Positions 55,375-64,000 of a DNA stretch of 64,000 bases are shown piece by piece. The notes under the pieces were generated by a model that saw nothing but the letters and a program-made list of their open reading frames with translations, did not search any database and was not told the DNA's origin. Where the stretch lies: positions 175,952 through 239,951 of the forward strand of contig CAOKER010000004.1 in assembly GCA_948467545.1 (NCBI GenBank), in the 5' to 3' direction. Source of the DNA: an uncultured Eubacteriales bacterium (lineage in GTDB: Bacteria; Bacillota; Clostridia; Oscillospirales; CAG-272). Every line of letters starts with the position of its first letter. The stretch's first letter is position 1. The translations under genes and the position numbers were made by a program.

Positions 55375-57741
55375 ATGATTATTACAGAGATACAAATCGA
55401 TTCCTTCGGAGGCCTTTGCGGCAAACATCTTTTTCTTAAAGAAGGCATCAATATTATATACGGAAATAACGAATCCGGAAAATCGACGGTAAGTGATTTT
55501 ATCCGTTTTATTTTCTATGGAGTAACCAACAGAACCGAAGCGGAGCATTATCCGTCTCTTTCAACGGGAAAAGCCTCCGGATATATTACAATAAGTCTAT
55601 CCGAAAACGAAATTGCCGAAAAGAATACGAAGACAAGCCTTCTTCCGAGTTCTGTCAGGATAGAGCGAGAATATATACGCAAGGTTACGGATAAGGTAAG
55701 AATTCTCAATGCCGAAAGCGGAACTGAAATTCTGCGGGGGATAATACCGGGAGAATACTTTTTCGGTATATCCGCCGATATATTCAGCTCCACAGCATAT
55801 GTCAGCCAAATCGGAGGACGTTCGGTTTCGGGACGGGATCTCGGCGACGCGGTCGAAAATATTCTTTTTTCTGCCGATGAAACAATTGACACAGCAAAAG
55901 CTATAGACCGCCTTGACTCCGCAAGAGCGAAGCTTATGCATAAAAATTCCAAAGGAGGAATAATCCCTGATTTGCGCGGACAAAAAGAAGCTCTCATAAG
56001 CCGCGTCGAATCCGCAAAGGAAGCACATAAGAAACTATCGTCGGCAGAGTCGGAACTAGAGAGCTGTGAAAAAAAACTTGAAGAAAACATATTGAAGCTT
56101 AGCGAAGCGGAAAAGCGCGTTGAATATTATGAAGCTTCGATTGAGCTTATCAGCGCAAGCAAGGCACAGCAGATAAAAGAAAAAAGAGAAACGCTGCTAA
56201 GGGAAAAAAAGCTGATACGCCGAAACGCTTCGTATGAAGGATTTTTGCCTAACGACGCATATATAGAAAGACTTCAGGAGATAGACGGTCTTTTAAAAGA
56301 AAAAAACAAAAAAGAAGATACCGGCAATATTAATGTCAAAGAACCCGATGAAGAACTCGCAAGGCTTCGGTCAAAAATCGAAAAGGCCGGAGGAATACAC
56401 GAAATCGAGCTTCGAGCTGAAGACAGTCTAACTAAACGAAAGGCGTACGCATTTCTTTCATTTATTCTGATCGCGGTCTTTACCGCATCCGTATGTATAG
56501 GTCTTTACCTCCTGATCGGAAACGAAAAAAAAGGTATTATACCTGTTATAATCGGTCTGACCGCTCTCGCAGGCGCTGTTATTACAATTATTTCGCGAAG
56601 ACAGTCGATTACAGAGTATTATGAAATTCTAAACCTTGCCGGGGCTTTGGATATTGAAGATTTATACAGGATTCTCGATGAAATAGATCAGATTCCAAAT
56701 CCGGAAATTTCAGAAACAAGCAATCAAAATTCTGCTGAATCGTATCGCGAAAAAGAAAATTCCCGCGCTGAGCTTGAAGCAGAACTGTCTGAACTTTTAG
56801 CATACTGGAATATGGAAAGCGTAGAACAGGCTGTAAGCAGCTATTCACGCTTTAACATACGTCTCGGCGAAATAGAATCCGAAATAGCCCATCAGACAGA
56901 GCTTATTGAGACTGCAGATACCGGAGCAGACGAGAAACGCAGGCAGCAGCTCAGAAAGACTGTCGCCGAAAATTCATATCTGATTAATTCGGCAAAAGAG
57001 ATGTATAATTCAGATAATTCAGGTAATTCAGATAATTCAGAAATTTCTCTTTCTCCGGAAAGCCGAAAAAAACTTGCGGCGGGGCTTGAAGGAGCGCGCA
57101 GAGAATATAACTTCATCAAAGGTGCAAATGAAGCCCTGTTAAAAAAGAAGCACAAAATAGAGCTCTCAGCGGTTGAACTCAAAGCCAAAACAGAACCGAT
57201 TGCACCTTTGTGCGAACAACTCGGAAGTGTGGAAAAAAGGCTGTACGAATATGAACATATGCACGCCGCACTCGTTCTCGCTACAGACAGGCTCCGCATG
57301 GCAAGCAATGCTTTGCACGGAAGAATTGCACCGGCTCTGACAAGGCGCGTCAGCGAAATTGTCGGAAACCTTACCGAGCATAAATATACAAACGTTGGAA
57401 TCGGAAACGATTTTTCGATGAACTTTTCTAAAAATACAGACGAAAACAACTCCGGAATACACACTCTCGAAACAAGTTTTATGAGCGGTGGAACTAAGGA
57501 TACAGCTTATATTGCGCTGCGAATTGCTCTTACCGAAATATTGTGTAAAAGCTGTCCTCCTCCCATCGTTCTTGACGAAAGCTTTTGTCACATCGACAGC
57601 GAACGTCTTTCTAAAATGCTCTCTTTTCTTAGTGAAGAAGCGGAAAACCATAACCTTCAGTCCATTATTCTTTCAAGTCACCGACGGGAAGCAAAAATAA
57701 TGGATTCGATGAACTATTCTTTCAATCTGTCAGAACTTTAA
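55375..57741 (+). CDS. SbcC/Rad50-like AAA ATPase with central membrane hairpin (YhaN-like)
   Basis: N-terminal IIYGNNESGKSTVSDFI Walker A, long coiled-coil-like Glu/Lys-rich regions, two hydrophobic helices at about 56446-56602, and C-terminal MSGGTKDTAYIALRIAL...PPIVLDESFCHID signature/Walker B. Confidence 0.8.
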   Translation: MIITEIQIDSFGGLCGKHLFLKEGINIIYGNNESGKSTVSDFIRFIFYGVTNRTEAEHYPSLSTGKASGYITISLSENEIAEKNTKTSLLPSSVRIEREYIRKVTDKVRILNAESGTEILRGIIPGEYFFGISADIFSSTAYVSQIGGRSVSGRDLGDAVENILFSADETIDTAKAIDRLDSARAKLMHKNSKGGIIPDLRGQKEALISRVESAKEAHKKLSSAESELESCEKKLEENILKLSEAEKRVEYYEASIELISASKAQQIKEKRETLLREKKLIRRNASYEGFLPNDAYIERLQEIDGLLKEKNKKEDTGNINVKEPDEELARLRSKIEKAGGIHEIELRAEDSLTKRKAYAFLSFILIAVFTASVCIGLYLLIGNEKKGIIPVIIGLTALAGAVITIISRRQSITEYYEILNLAGALDIEDLYRILDEIDQIPNPEISETSNQNSAESYREKENSRAELEAELSELLAYWNMESVEQAVSSYSRFNIRLGEIESEIAHQTELIETADTGADEKRRQQLRKTVAENSYLINSAKEMYNSDNSGNSDNSEISLSPESRKKLAAGLEGARREYNFIKGANEALLKKKHKIELSAVELKAKTEPIAPLCEQLGSVEKRLYEYEHMHAALVLATDRLRMASNALHGRIAPALTRRVSEIVGNLTEHKYTNVGIGNDFSMNFSKNTDENNSGIHTLETSFMSGGTKDTAYIALRIALTEILCKSCPPPIVLDESFCHIDSERLSKMLSFLSEEAENHNLQSIILSSHRREAKIMDSMNYSFNLSEL
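57007..57042 (+). repeat. in-frame 9-nt tandem repeat (AATTCAGRT x4) inside the YhaN-like gene
   Basis: aattcagat aattcaggt aattcagat aattcagaa encodes NSD-NSG-NSD-NSE. Confidence 0.8.
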
Positions 57742-57762
57742 GAACTGTCAGAACTTTAAGAA
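57727..57762 (+). repeat. perfect 18-bp tandem duplication spanning the YhaN-like stop codon
   Basis: ctgtcagaactttaagaa occurs twice back to back (57727-57744 and 57745-57762). The first copy contains the TAA stop. Confidence 0.85.
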
Positions 57763-57916
57763 CAAAATAAGAAATTGTTCATATTGGCGCAAAAAAGCAC
57801 GAATAATATATATTCATATGCTGGATTCATTGCAAAAAAATAGAAAATAATAACGATGCTTTGATATCCCAAAACGCGGTGAGAAGAATTTACAGAGGAA
57901 AGAGTTTTGTTATTTT

Positions 57917-60451
57917 ATGAAACGATTTAAAAGAACGGAAGAAAACAAAACAAAGAAAATAAACTCAGAAGTATCCGAAAATAACAGGGTTATCAGCCGT
58001 AACCCAAGCGACGGAAATAAAGACTCTCAAAATATCACAAAACGTTATGATATACCTCAGCGTCCCATGACAGATCCGTCATTCGGATTGTCCGCCCAGC
58101 AGGTTGCAGAACGGATGGAGCTGGGAGAAGTCAACACTCCGGTTAAAAGTCCTGTAAAAACCGTAAAACAAATTATTATCGGAAACACATGCACATATTT
58201 TAATTTTATCTTTGTGACCATAGCAGTTGCACTTATTGCATGCCGTTCTTACAATCACTTGATGTTTCTTCCGATAATTGCGGCCAATACCGTAATCGGA
58301 ATCGTACAGGAACTACGAAGCAAGAAAGTGCTCGATAATCTTACTCTGCTGAGCGCCCCGCGCTCCTCGGTAATACGTGACGGGCAGGTCTGTGATATTC
58401 CGACAGAAGAGCTTGTACTTGACGACATTGTAATTCTTAGCGCAGGAAACCAAATTGCCGCCGACGGAGTTGTTGCCGACGGAGAAATTACTGTAAATGA
58501 AGCACTCGTTACAGGCGAAGCCGATGAAATAACAAAGCGTCAGGGAGATCCTCTTTTATCAGGAAGCTTTGTAATATCCGGAAACTGCGCCGCGCAGCTT
58601 ACCCAAGTGGGAAGCGAATCCTTTGCTTCAAAGCTTACTCTTGAAGCAAAGCGTTCAAAACGCCGTACCAAAGCGGGAATGATGCGTTCGCTTACAACCC
58701 TGATAGGTGTCATAGGAGTCGTCATTATTCCTATGGCAGCGCTCCTGATATACCGTCAGCACGGCAACCTCGGAATGTCTCTTACCGATTCGATTGTAAG
58801 CACCGCCGCCGCAATATTGGGAATGATTCCGGACGGTTTATATTTACTTGTAAGCGTTGCTCTCGCCGTAAGCGTAATAAGACTGTCTAAAAAAAGAACG
58901 CTTGTCCGCGAGCTTAAATCAATAGAAACGCTTGCGCGTACAGATGTGATATGCGTAGACAAAACGGGAACCATAACCGAAAACAAAATGGAAGTGACCG
59001 GAGTACGCCCAATCCCCGGAAATGAAGATTTTTCTCCGGAAAAGGCAACTGTGCATCTGACAGATTTTGCGTCAGCGATGTCTTCGGATAATAATACGAT
59101 GGAGGCAATCAAGGAATGTTTTTCGGGGCAGAGCAGCATCTCGGTTAAGACAGTTCTTCCCTTTTCCTCGAAATACAAATACAGCGGTGCGGTATTTGAA
59201 AACGGTGAGGGCTATATTCTCGGCGCACCTGAATTTATACTAAACAGCCGTTATGAAAATTATTCTCAGTATTTCGAAAAGCTCTCCGCCAAAGGCAGCC
59301 GTGTCCTGCTCTTCGCTCGGTGCGATAATGCCTGCGGTGAATTCAACTCATCTGAAGTATATCCGTTGTATGCCGTTCTTCTTTCAAATAAAATCAGAAA
59401 AAGGGCTAAGGAAACCTTTGAATATTTCGCAGCTCAGGGAGTAGAAATAAAAGTAATATCGGGCGACAATCCGATAACAGCTTCAAGCGCCGCAGGAGAC
59501 GCCGGAATTCCGAATTCCGACAGATACATCGACGCTTCAGCGCTTGACACATATGACAAAGTATATGACGCGGTCAACAAATATACCGTTTTCGGACGAG
59601 TGACGCCGGAACAGAAAAAAACTCTTGTAATTGCATTGAAAAACGCAGGGCATACAGTCGCCATGACAGGAGACGGAGTAAACGACGTCCTTGCCCTTAA
59701 GGAAGCCGACTGCAGTATTGCAATGGCGTCCGGCAGCGACGTCGCTTCGCAGGTGTCTCAGCTTGTGCTTCTTAATTCGGATTTTTCCGCGATGCCTGCC
59801 GTTGTGGCAGAAGGACGGAGAGTAATAAATAATATTGAACGTTCGGCTGCACTTTTTTTAGTAAAAAATATATTTTCATTTTTTCTCGCATGGATTACCA
59901 TTATAGGCACGCTTGCATATCCTGTTACACCTGCTCAGCTTTCTCTTATCAACGCTTTGACAATCGGAATCCCTTCTTTCATTCTTGCGCTTGAACCCAA
60001 TACAAACATAGTGCGCGGAAAATTCCTGCGAAATGTTCTTTACCGTGCAGCTCCTGCGGGAATTACCGATATTCTCGTAATATTCGGAACGATGCTCTTC
60101 TCTGTCGCGTTTTCAATTCCTCAGGAAGAGACCTCGACAATCGCCGCGCTTTTGATTGCAGTTGTAGGATTTGTTATGCTTTACCGCGTTTGTATTCCGT
60201 TTAATCGAATCAGAAAGCTTCTTTTCTCATCAATGCTTGTATTATTTATCGCCGGACTGGCATTTGCAGCTCCGCTTTTCTCAATGGAAAAGCTGTCTTT
60301 CGGAAGCACGCTTGTATTTATTGTCTTTGCACTTTTGGTTTATCCGATTAACCATGCCGTAACACGCGCTTTTGCGGAAGTTCCCAAAAGGCTCAGAAGG
60401 CTTCTGAGAATCTTGACGGTAAAAATCAGAAAAAGCAAACTGCTGAGCTGA
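57917..60451 (+). CDS. cation-translocating P-type ATPase (HAD-IC, P2-like)
   Basis: TGEADE actuator-type motif, CVDKTGTITENKM phosphorylation site, MTGDGVNDVLALKEAD hinge, about 10 TM helices. Confidence 0.9.
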   Translation: MKRFKRTEENKTKKINSEVSENNRVISRNPSDGNKDSQNITKRYDIPQRPMTDPSFGLSAQQVAERMELGEVNTPVKSPVKTVKQIIIGNTCTYFNFIFVTIAVALIACRSYNHLMFLPIIAANTVIGIVQELRSKKVLDNLTLLSAPRSSVIRDGQVCDIPTEELVLDDIVILSAGNQIAADGVVADGEITVNEALVTGEADEITKRQGDPLLSGSFVISGNCAAQLTQVGSESFASKLTLEAKRSKRRTKAGMMRSLTTLIGVIGVVIIPMAALLIYRQHGNLGMSLTDSIVSTAAAILGMIPDGLYLLVSVALAVSVIRLSKKRTLVRELKSIETLARTDVICVDKTGTITENKMEVTGVRPIPGNEDFSPEKATVHLTDFASAMSSDNNTMEAIKECFSGQSSISVKTVLPFSSKYKYSGAVFENGEGYILGAPEFILNSRYENYSQYFEKLSAKGSRVLLFARCDNACGEFNSSEVYPLYAVLLSNKIRKRAKETFEYFAAQGVEIKVISGDNPITASSAAGDAGIPNSDRYIDASALDTYDKVYDAVNKYTVFGRVTPEQKKTLVIALKNAGHTVAMTGDGVNDVLALKEADCSIAMASGSDVASQVSQLVLLNSDFSAMPAVVAEGRRVINNIERSAALFLVKNIFSFFLAWITIIGTLAYPVTPAQLSLINALTIGIPSFILALEPNTNIVRGKFLRNVLYRAAPAGITDILVIFGTMLFSVAFSIPQEETSTIAALLIAVVGFVMLYRVCIPFNRIRKLLFSSMLVLFIAGLAFAAPLFSMEKLSFGSTLVFIVFALLVYPINHAVTRAFAEVPKRLRRLLRILTVKIRKSKLLS

Positions 60452-60490
60452 TAAAACCGCCGAAAAAAGCTTCAAGAAACTTAAAAACTC

Positions 60491-62062
60491 ATGAAAGGCG
60501 TCATCTATATGACTTATCCGAGTCTCATTAATATCGGAATTCAGCAAAAACAGAAAATTTCGGCAGAAGTATTCAAAGACACAAGACTTTCACTGCTTGT
60601 AGACAATGATACTTTAGCCGTTATGCAAAATCCGTGCGGTAATACAGATATAGCCGAACGTCAAAGGCTGTTTTCCGCACTGCTCGGCGACAGTCCGAAC
60701 AGCGGCACAGAAGCTTCCGACACCGAATTGCTTACCGCCTTTGTAGCTCTGCGAAAAACCGCCGATTACATCAATTCGCTGTACGCCGACTACTCAAACT
60801 CGATAAACCGGGAAGAAAAAGCCCTTCTCTGCACTCTCATATTGCAAAACTTTGTTAAATTTTCCATCTCAGCCTCCGAACTAACAAACAGCACTACGCT
60901 GTGCAAACGCTTCTCGGAAAGCTTCAGGAAATTTTGCCAAAGCGAAGCTTTTTCTGAATTTAAAGATGAGCTCGAAAAAGTAATTCCTGTGCTCGATGAA
61001 CTTCGCTCATATATCTGCCGTATATCGGGAAATATGCACTACCTTTCGCTCCCCGAAAATGACACAAGCTTTGGAGCAAAAAACAAAGCCGAGATAAAAA
61101 CGGATTCGGAAGCAAGCAGCGGCTATCTTTCCCGTCTGCTCAGCTGCGCAAAAAAATTCGGTCTCGGTGAGATCACACCCGAAGCCATAATACCGCGCCG
61201 TCTTACCGCCGGACTCACATATGCGGCGTCAAAGCTGCATCCGCAGGAATTTAAATTAATATTAATTTTCGCGGAAAAATACCGCCATATTATAGAACCG
61301 GAATTTCTTGAATACCGTGCTCAACTCGGTTTTTACATTTCCATATGCCGTTTAATTCAAAGAATAAGAAAAGCAGGTATTCCCGTATGTTATCCGATCA
61401 TATCCGAAAAAAGGCAGATTATCCTGCGCGAAGCCTTTGACATTACTCTGCTCGAAAAGGGAGAAAAAAATATAATTCCAAACAATGCGGATTTTACAGA
61501 AAATGAACCGTTTTTCTTTCTTACCGGGGCAAACGGAGGCGGTAAAACGACATATCTGCGCACCGTCGGAATTTCGGTACTGCTGTTTCTCTCCGGAGCT
61601 CCGGTTCCCTGCAAATCTGCCGATATTTCTCCGCTGTACAGCGTCTTTACTCATTTTCCCCACGATGAACGGTTTGAACTTTCCGGCCGCTTTGTCGATG
61701 AACAGGCCAGGGTAAACGATATTCTTCTTGAAGTTAGAGAAGGATGTCTTGTACTTTTGAATGAAACATACTCGACAACAAGCGAGCAGAAAGCTCTCCG
61801 ATGTACCTCTGAGCTTGCGGAAAAGCTATACAAAAAAGGAATTTTCGGAGTTTATGTTACACATCATAAAATCGACGGAACGTATGAAACTTCCGTAAAA
61901 GGCCTTAGAATTCCCATGCTGAACGTACTGCTCGACAAGGACGGAACCAAACGCACCTACAAAATTGCACGCCGTACCGAAACTGAAAGCTCCCACGCGC
62001 AGGACATATTAAAAAAGTACAGGCTCGATTTTAATTCACTCAAGGAAAGGTTCGGAGACTGA
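60491..62062 (+). CDS. MutS domain V-like ATPase of unknown function (paralog 1)
   Basis: C-terminal FFFLTGANGGGKTTYLRTVG (Walker A), LVLLNETYSTTS (Walker B region), YVTHH. The N-terminal ~330 aa are not recognisable as mismatch-binding, connector or clamp domains. Alternative start Met at 60509. Confidence 0.7.
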   Translation: MKGVIYMTYPSLINIGIQQKQKISAEVFKDTRLSLLVDNDTLAVMQNPCGNTDIAERQRLFSALLGDSPNSGTEASDTELLTAFVALRKTADYINSLYADYSNSINREEKALLCTLILQNFVKFSISASELTNSTTLCKRFSESFRKFCQSEAFSEFKDELEKVIPVLDELRSYICRISGNMHYLSLPENDTSFGAKNKAEIKTDSEASSGYLSRLLSCAKKFGLGEITPEAIIPRRLTAGLTYAASKLHPQEFKLILIFAEKYRHIIEPEFLEYRAQLGFYISICRLIQRIRKAGIPVCYPIISEKRQIILREAFDITLLEKGEKNIIPNNADFTENEPFFFLTGANGGGKTTYLRTVGISVLLFLSGAPVPCKSADISPLYSVFTHFPHDERFELSGRFVDEQARVNDILLEVREGCLVLLNETYSTTSEQKALRCTSELAEKLYKKGIFGVYVTHHKIDGTYETSVKGLRIPMLNVLLDKDGTKRTYKIARRTETESSHAQDILKKYRLDFNSLKERFGD

Positions 62063-62087
62063 ATTTTAAAATCAGTCTATTAAATAA

Positions 62088-63698
62088 ATGAAAATCAGTT
62101 TATTATACAAAAACGAGGAAAAAGGTGAGGCTACCGACGCCATCTATAATCTGTCTATAGACAGATGCGCAGGTGTATTCTGTCCCGATTCCGCGAGGTA
62201 TGACAAATTTATCAGCATATTGTCAAGACCGCTTACCGATCCGGAAAACATCTTGTACAGGCAAGCTGTCCTGAATGATTTTATAAAGAATCCGTCCTTA
62301 TTTGAAGAACTGAAAACGATTTTTCTTCGGTATGACAAAATTAAGGCAGACTGGATAGAGCTGCGTTCGGGCGCACATATAAATGAGGAAGGAAGCAGCG
62401 AAGCTGTTCTGTCGCAGACATATTCTTCTCTTAAGGTAACATCTGTTTTTCCAAGAACAATAATGTCCTTTTTTACCTCTATATCCGATACTCTTTCCTC
62501 ATATAAAATAAGTTCTTCGGGACTTAAATACATTCGTGACTATGCCGGACGTATGCTTTCCGACAACAATCTTGAGGAAATCGGGAAAATTTCAGCCCTG
62601 TTTGTATATAACGAAGCTGAGGACTACAATTATGAGGTTGCACTAAAGCTGTCGGATGATTTTAAAATTATCGGCTGTGAGCTTACAAATATTGAACCGA
62701 AACCCAAAAAACAGCTGCTCGAAAAGCAGTACAAGCAATATGAAAAACAGCTGCGGCAGATATACGAGGAACAGCAGGCTGCGGAAAATCCCGAAAATGC
62801 AGAAAGAAAGGAAAGCAGGCTGTCACGACTAATCTCCGGTTTATCGACAAAAACAAAGGAAAAACCGAATTCAGAGACGGTAATAGACCGCGGGTCTTTC
62901 GATACTGTAATGTACATTCTTACTGCGGCATTGTCTGTAATTGACACTGCTCTGACAAAAATCACCGGCGATATATACGAAATTTTTCACGGTCTCTCGT
63001 CCGAAATGCAATTTTACGATGCCGCTATAAAATACTGCGAATTTGTATCCTCCGCAGGTGTTCCGCTCTGTACTCCAAAAATCCTGCCAATGGAAAGCGA
63101 GCTTACGAATTTGACTGGTCTCCGAGATTTATTTCTAATCTGTGAGGGAATGACTAACGAGCAGATAATTCCAAACGATCTCGATCTTCAGCCAAAACTT
63201 GACGGAATGCTTATACGCGGCTCAAACAATACCGGAAAAACGGTTTTTCTCCGTTCGGTAGGAATTGCTCAGATTTTTGCACAGTCCGGTCTTCCGGTAT
63301 GCGCCGACAATGCGGCCGTCTCTGTCAAGAGCGGCATATATTCTCATTTTTCAGCAGCGGAAGAGGACTTTACATCAGGAGACACGGCAGGAAGATTTGA
63401 AGGTGAGGTACGCTGTATAGCAAATATTCTCGATAATCTTAAGCCTCATTCGCTGCTTCTGCTGAATGAAACCTTTCAAACCACAGCTTACAGCGAGGGC
63501 GCTAACGGAATGTATGATATACTTTCAATTTTACCGAAATTGAAAACTAAATATATTTTTGTAACCCATCTTCTCGACCTGTACGAAAGGTTCGATCCCA
63601 AAAAAACATTGCTTACTCAGACGATATTGACATCGGAGGAGGGCGTATCCGGAAGCGATATTTCAGGAAAGCGATACACTTTAACAAAGATAAAATAA
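62088..63698 (+). CDS. MutS domain V-like ATPase of unknown function (paralog 2)
   Basis: MLIRGSNNTGKTVFLRSVG (Walker A), LLLLNETFQTTA, FVTHL. The N-terminal region is unrelated by eye to canonical MutS domains I-IV, and there is no Smr domain. Confidence 0.7.
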   Translation: MKISLLYKNEEKGEATDAIYNLSIDRCAGVFCPDSARYDKFISILSRPLTDPENILYRQAVLNDFIKNPSLFEELKTIFLRYDKIKADWIELRSGAHINEEGSSEAVLSQTYSSLKVTSVFPRTIMSFFTSISDTLSSYKISSSGLKYIRDYAGRMLSDNNLEEIGKISALFVYNEAEDYNYEVALKLSDDFKIIGCELTNIEPKPKKQLLEKQYKQYEKQLRQIYEEQQAAENPENAERKESRLSRLISGLSTKTKEKPNSETVIDRGSFDTVMYILTAALSVIDTALTKITGDIYEIFHGLSSEMQFYDAAIKYCEFVSSAGVPLCTPKILPMESELTNLTGLRDLFLICEGMTNEQIIPNDLDLQPKLDGMLIRGSNNTGKTVFLRSVGIAQIFAQSGLPVCADNAAVSVKSGIYSHFSAAEEDFTSGDTAGRFEGEVRCIANILDNLKPHSLLLLNETFQTTAYSEGANGMYDILSILPKLKTKYIFVTHLLDLYERFDPKKTLLTQTILTSEEGVSGSDISGKRYTLTKIK

Positions 63699-63699
63699 A

Positions 63700-63737
63700 A
63701 CACAGCAGACATCGGTATTTTTTGATGTCCGCTGTGT
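63700..63737. terminator. hairpin between convergent genes
   Basis: 14-bp stem acacagcagacatc/gatgtccgctgtgt (one mismatch) with a T-rich loop. Confidence 0.5.
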
Positions 63738-63808
63738 AATCGGAAAAATCAGAATACTTTTCTTCGAAAAACTCCAATACGACAGATCTTGTAGGCAATG
63801 ATAATAAT

Positions 63809-64000
63809 TTAGACGTCGATTTTCATATCCCCTGTTTTAACAAGACCTATTTTGCGCAGAATTTCATTAAATATAAAGGATAAAACCGCGGGCAGTATAA
63901 AGCAGCATACAAGAATACCGATCCACATCATAGCAGTATTTTTCGTAGACATAACTACCCCGATCGGGCCGACAAGACCGCATGTTCCCATTCCTGCATT
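63809..64000 (-). CDS. C-terminal part of a polytopic membrane protein (possibly PTS EIIC_2-like), 5' end outside window
   Basis: The frame stays open to base 64000 (...NAGMGTCGLVGPIGVV...). It is hydrophobic with a C-terminal ...LVKTGDMKIDV. The family call is tentative. Confidence 0.45.
   Translation of the reverse strand, partial: NAGMGTCGLVGPIGVVMSTKNTAMMWIGILVCCFILPAVLSFIFNEILRKIGLVKTGDMKIDV

Noticed and set aside
1-64000. I looked for CRISPR arrays, rRNA, transposase/integrase genes, reverse transcriptases, toxin-antitoxin pairs and recognisable phage-defence gene sets.
   Set aside because: No regularly spaced direct repeats were seen. No ORF showed recombinase, RT (YxDD) or typical defence-nuclease signatures. 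The SbcCD-like and MutS-like genes look like conserved chromosomal genes rather than a defence island, although this cannot be excluded without searches.

Overview
This is a chromosomal segment with about 50 protein genes, one tRNA-Leu(UAG), no rRNA, no CRISPR array and no intact mobile element. It reads like a spore-forming, cellulosome-type Clostridia genome, probably a Ruminococcus/Oscillospiraceae relative. The hints are a pro-sigma-K gene, a dockerin-repeat protein, YtvI, DUF4830 and Ppk1/Ppx. All calls come from motif recognition in the supplied translations plus reading the DNA by eye; no database search was possible. Region 1-18.5 kb is mostly housekeeping: PLP enzyme, PurN-like protein, B12/radical-SAM protein, TrmH, ppk1-ppx, sigK, SufBC, AraC plus fucI. 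Region 32-48 kb is more accessory and AT-rich, with decayed genes: a C39-like peptidase broken by two in-frame stops, a methyltransferase remnant, LarA, two ABC systems, and a TetR regulator with a thrice-repeated palindromic operator. Region 48-64 kb holds a YhaO/YhaN SbcCD-like pair, a P-type ATPase and two tandem MutS-domain-V paralogs. The standout is 19.0-31.9 kb, a same-strand run of an LDH-family dehydrogenase with the malate-type Arg, fumC, then a tightly coupled hdrB-hdrC-hdrA-mvhD-flxC-flxB-flxA block, an anchor-less FrdB/FrdA-like fumarate reductase and an AAE-family transporter. I interpret this as a complete oxaloacetate-to-succinate branch whose fumarate reductase is wired to an Hdr-Flx module. 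That makes it a candidate quinone-independent, flavin-based electron-bifurcating NADH:fumarate/ferredoxin oxidoreductase. This is inference, not proof.
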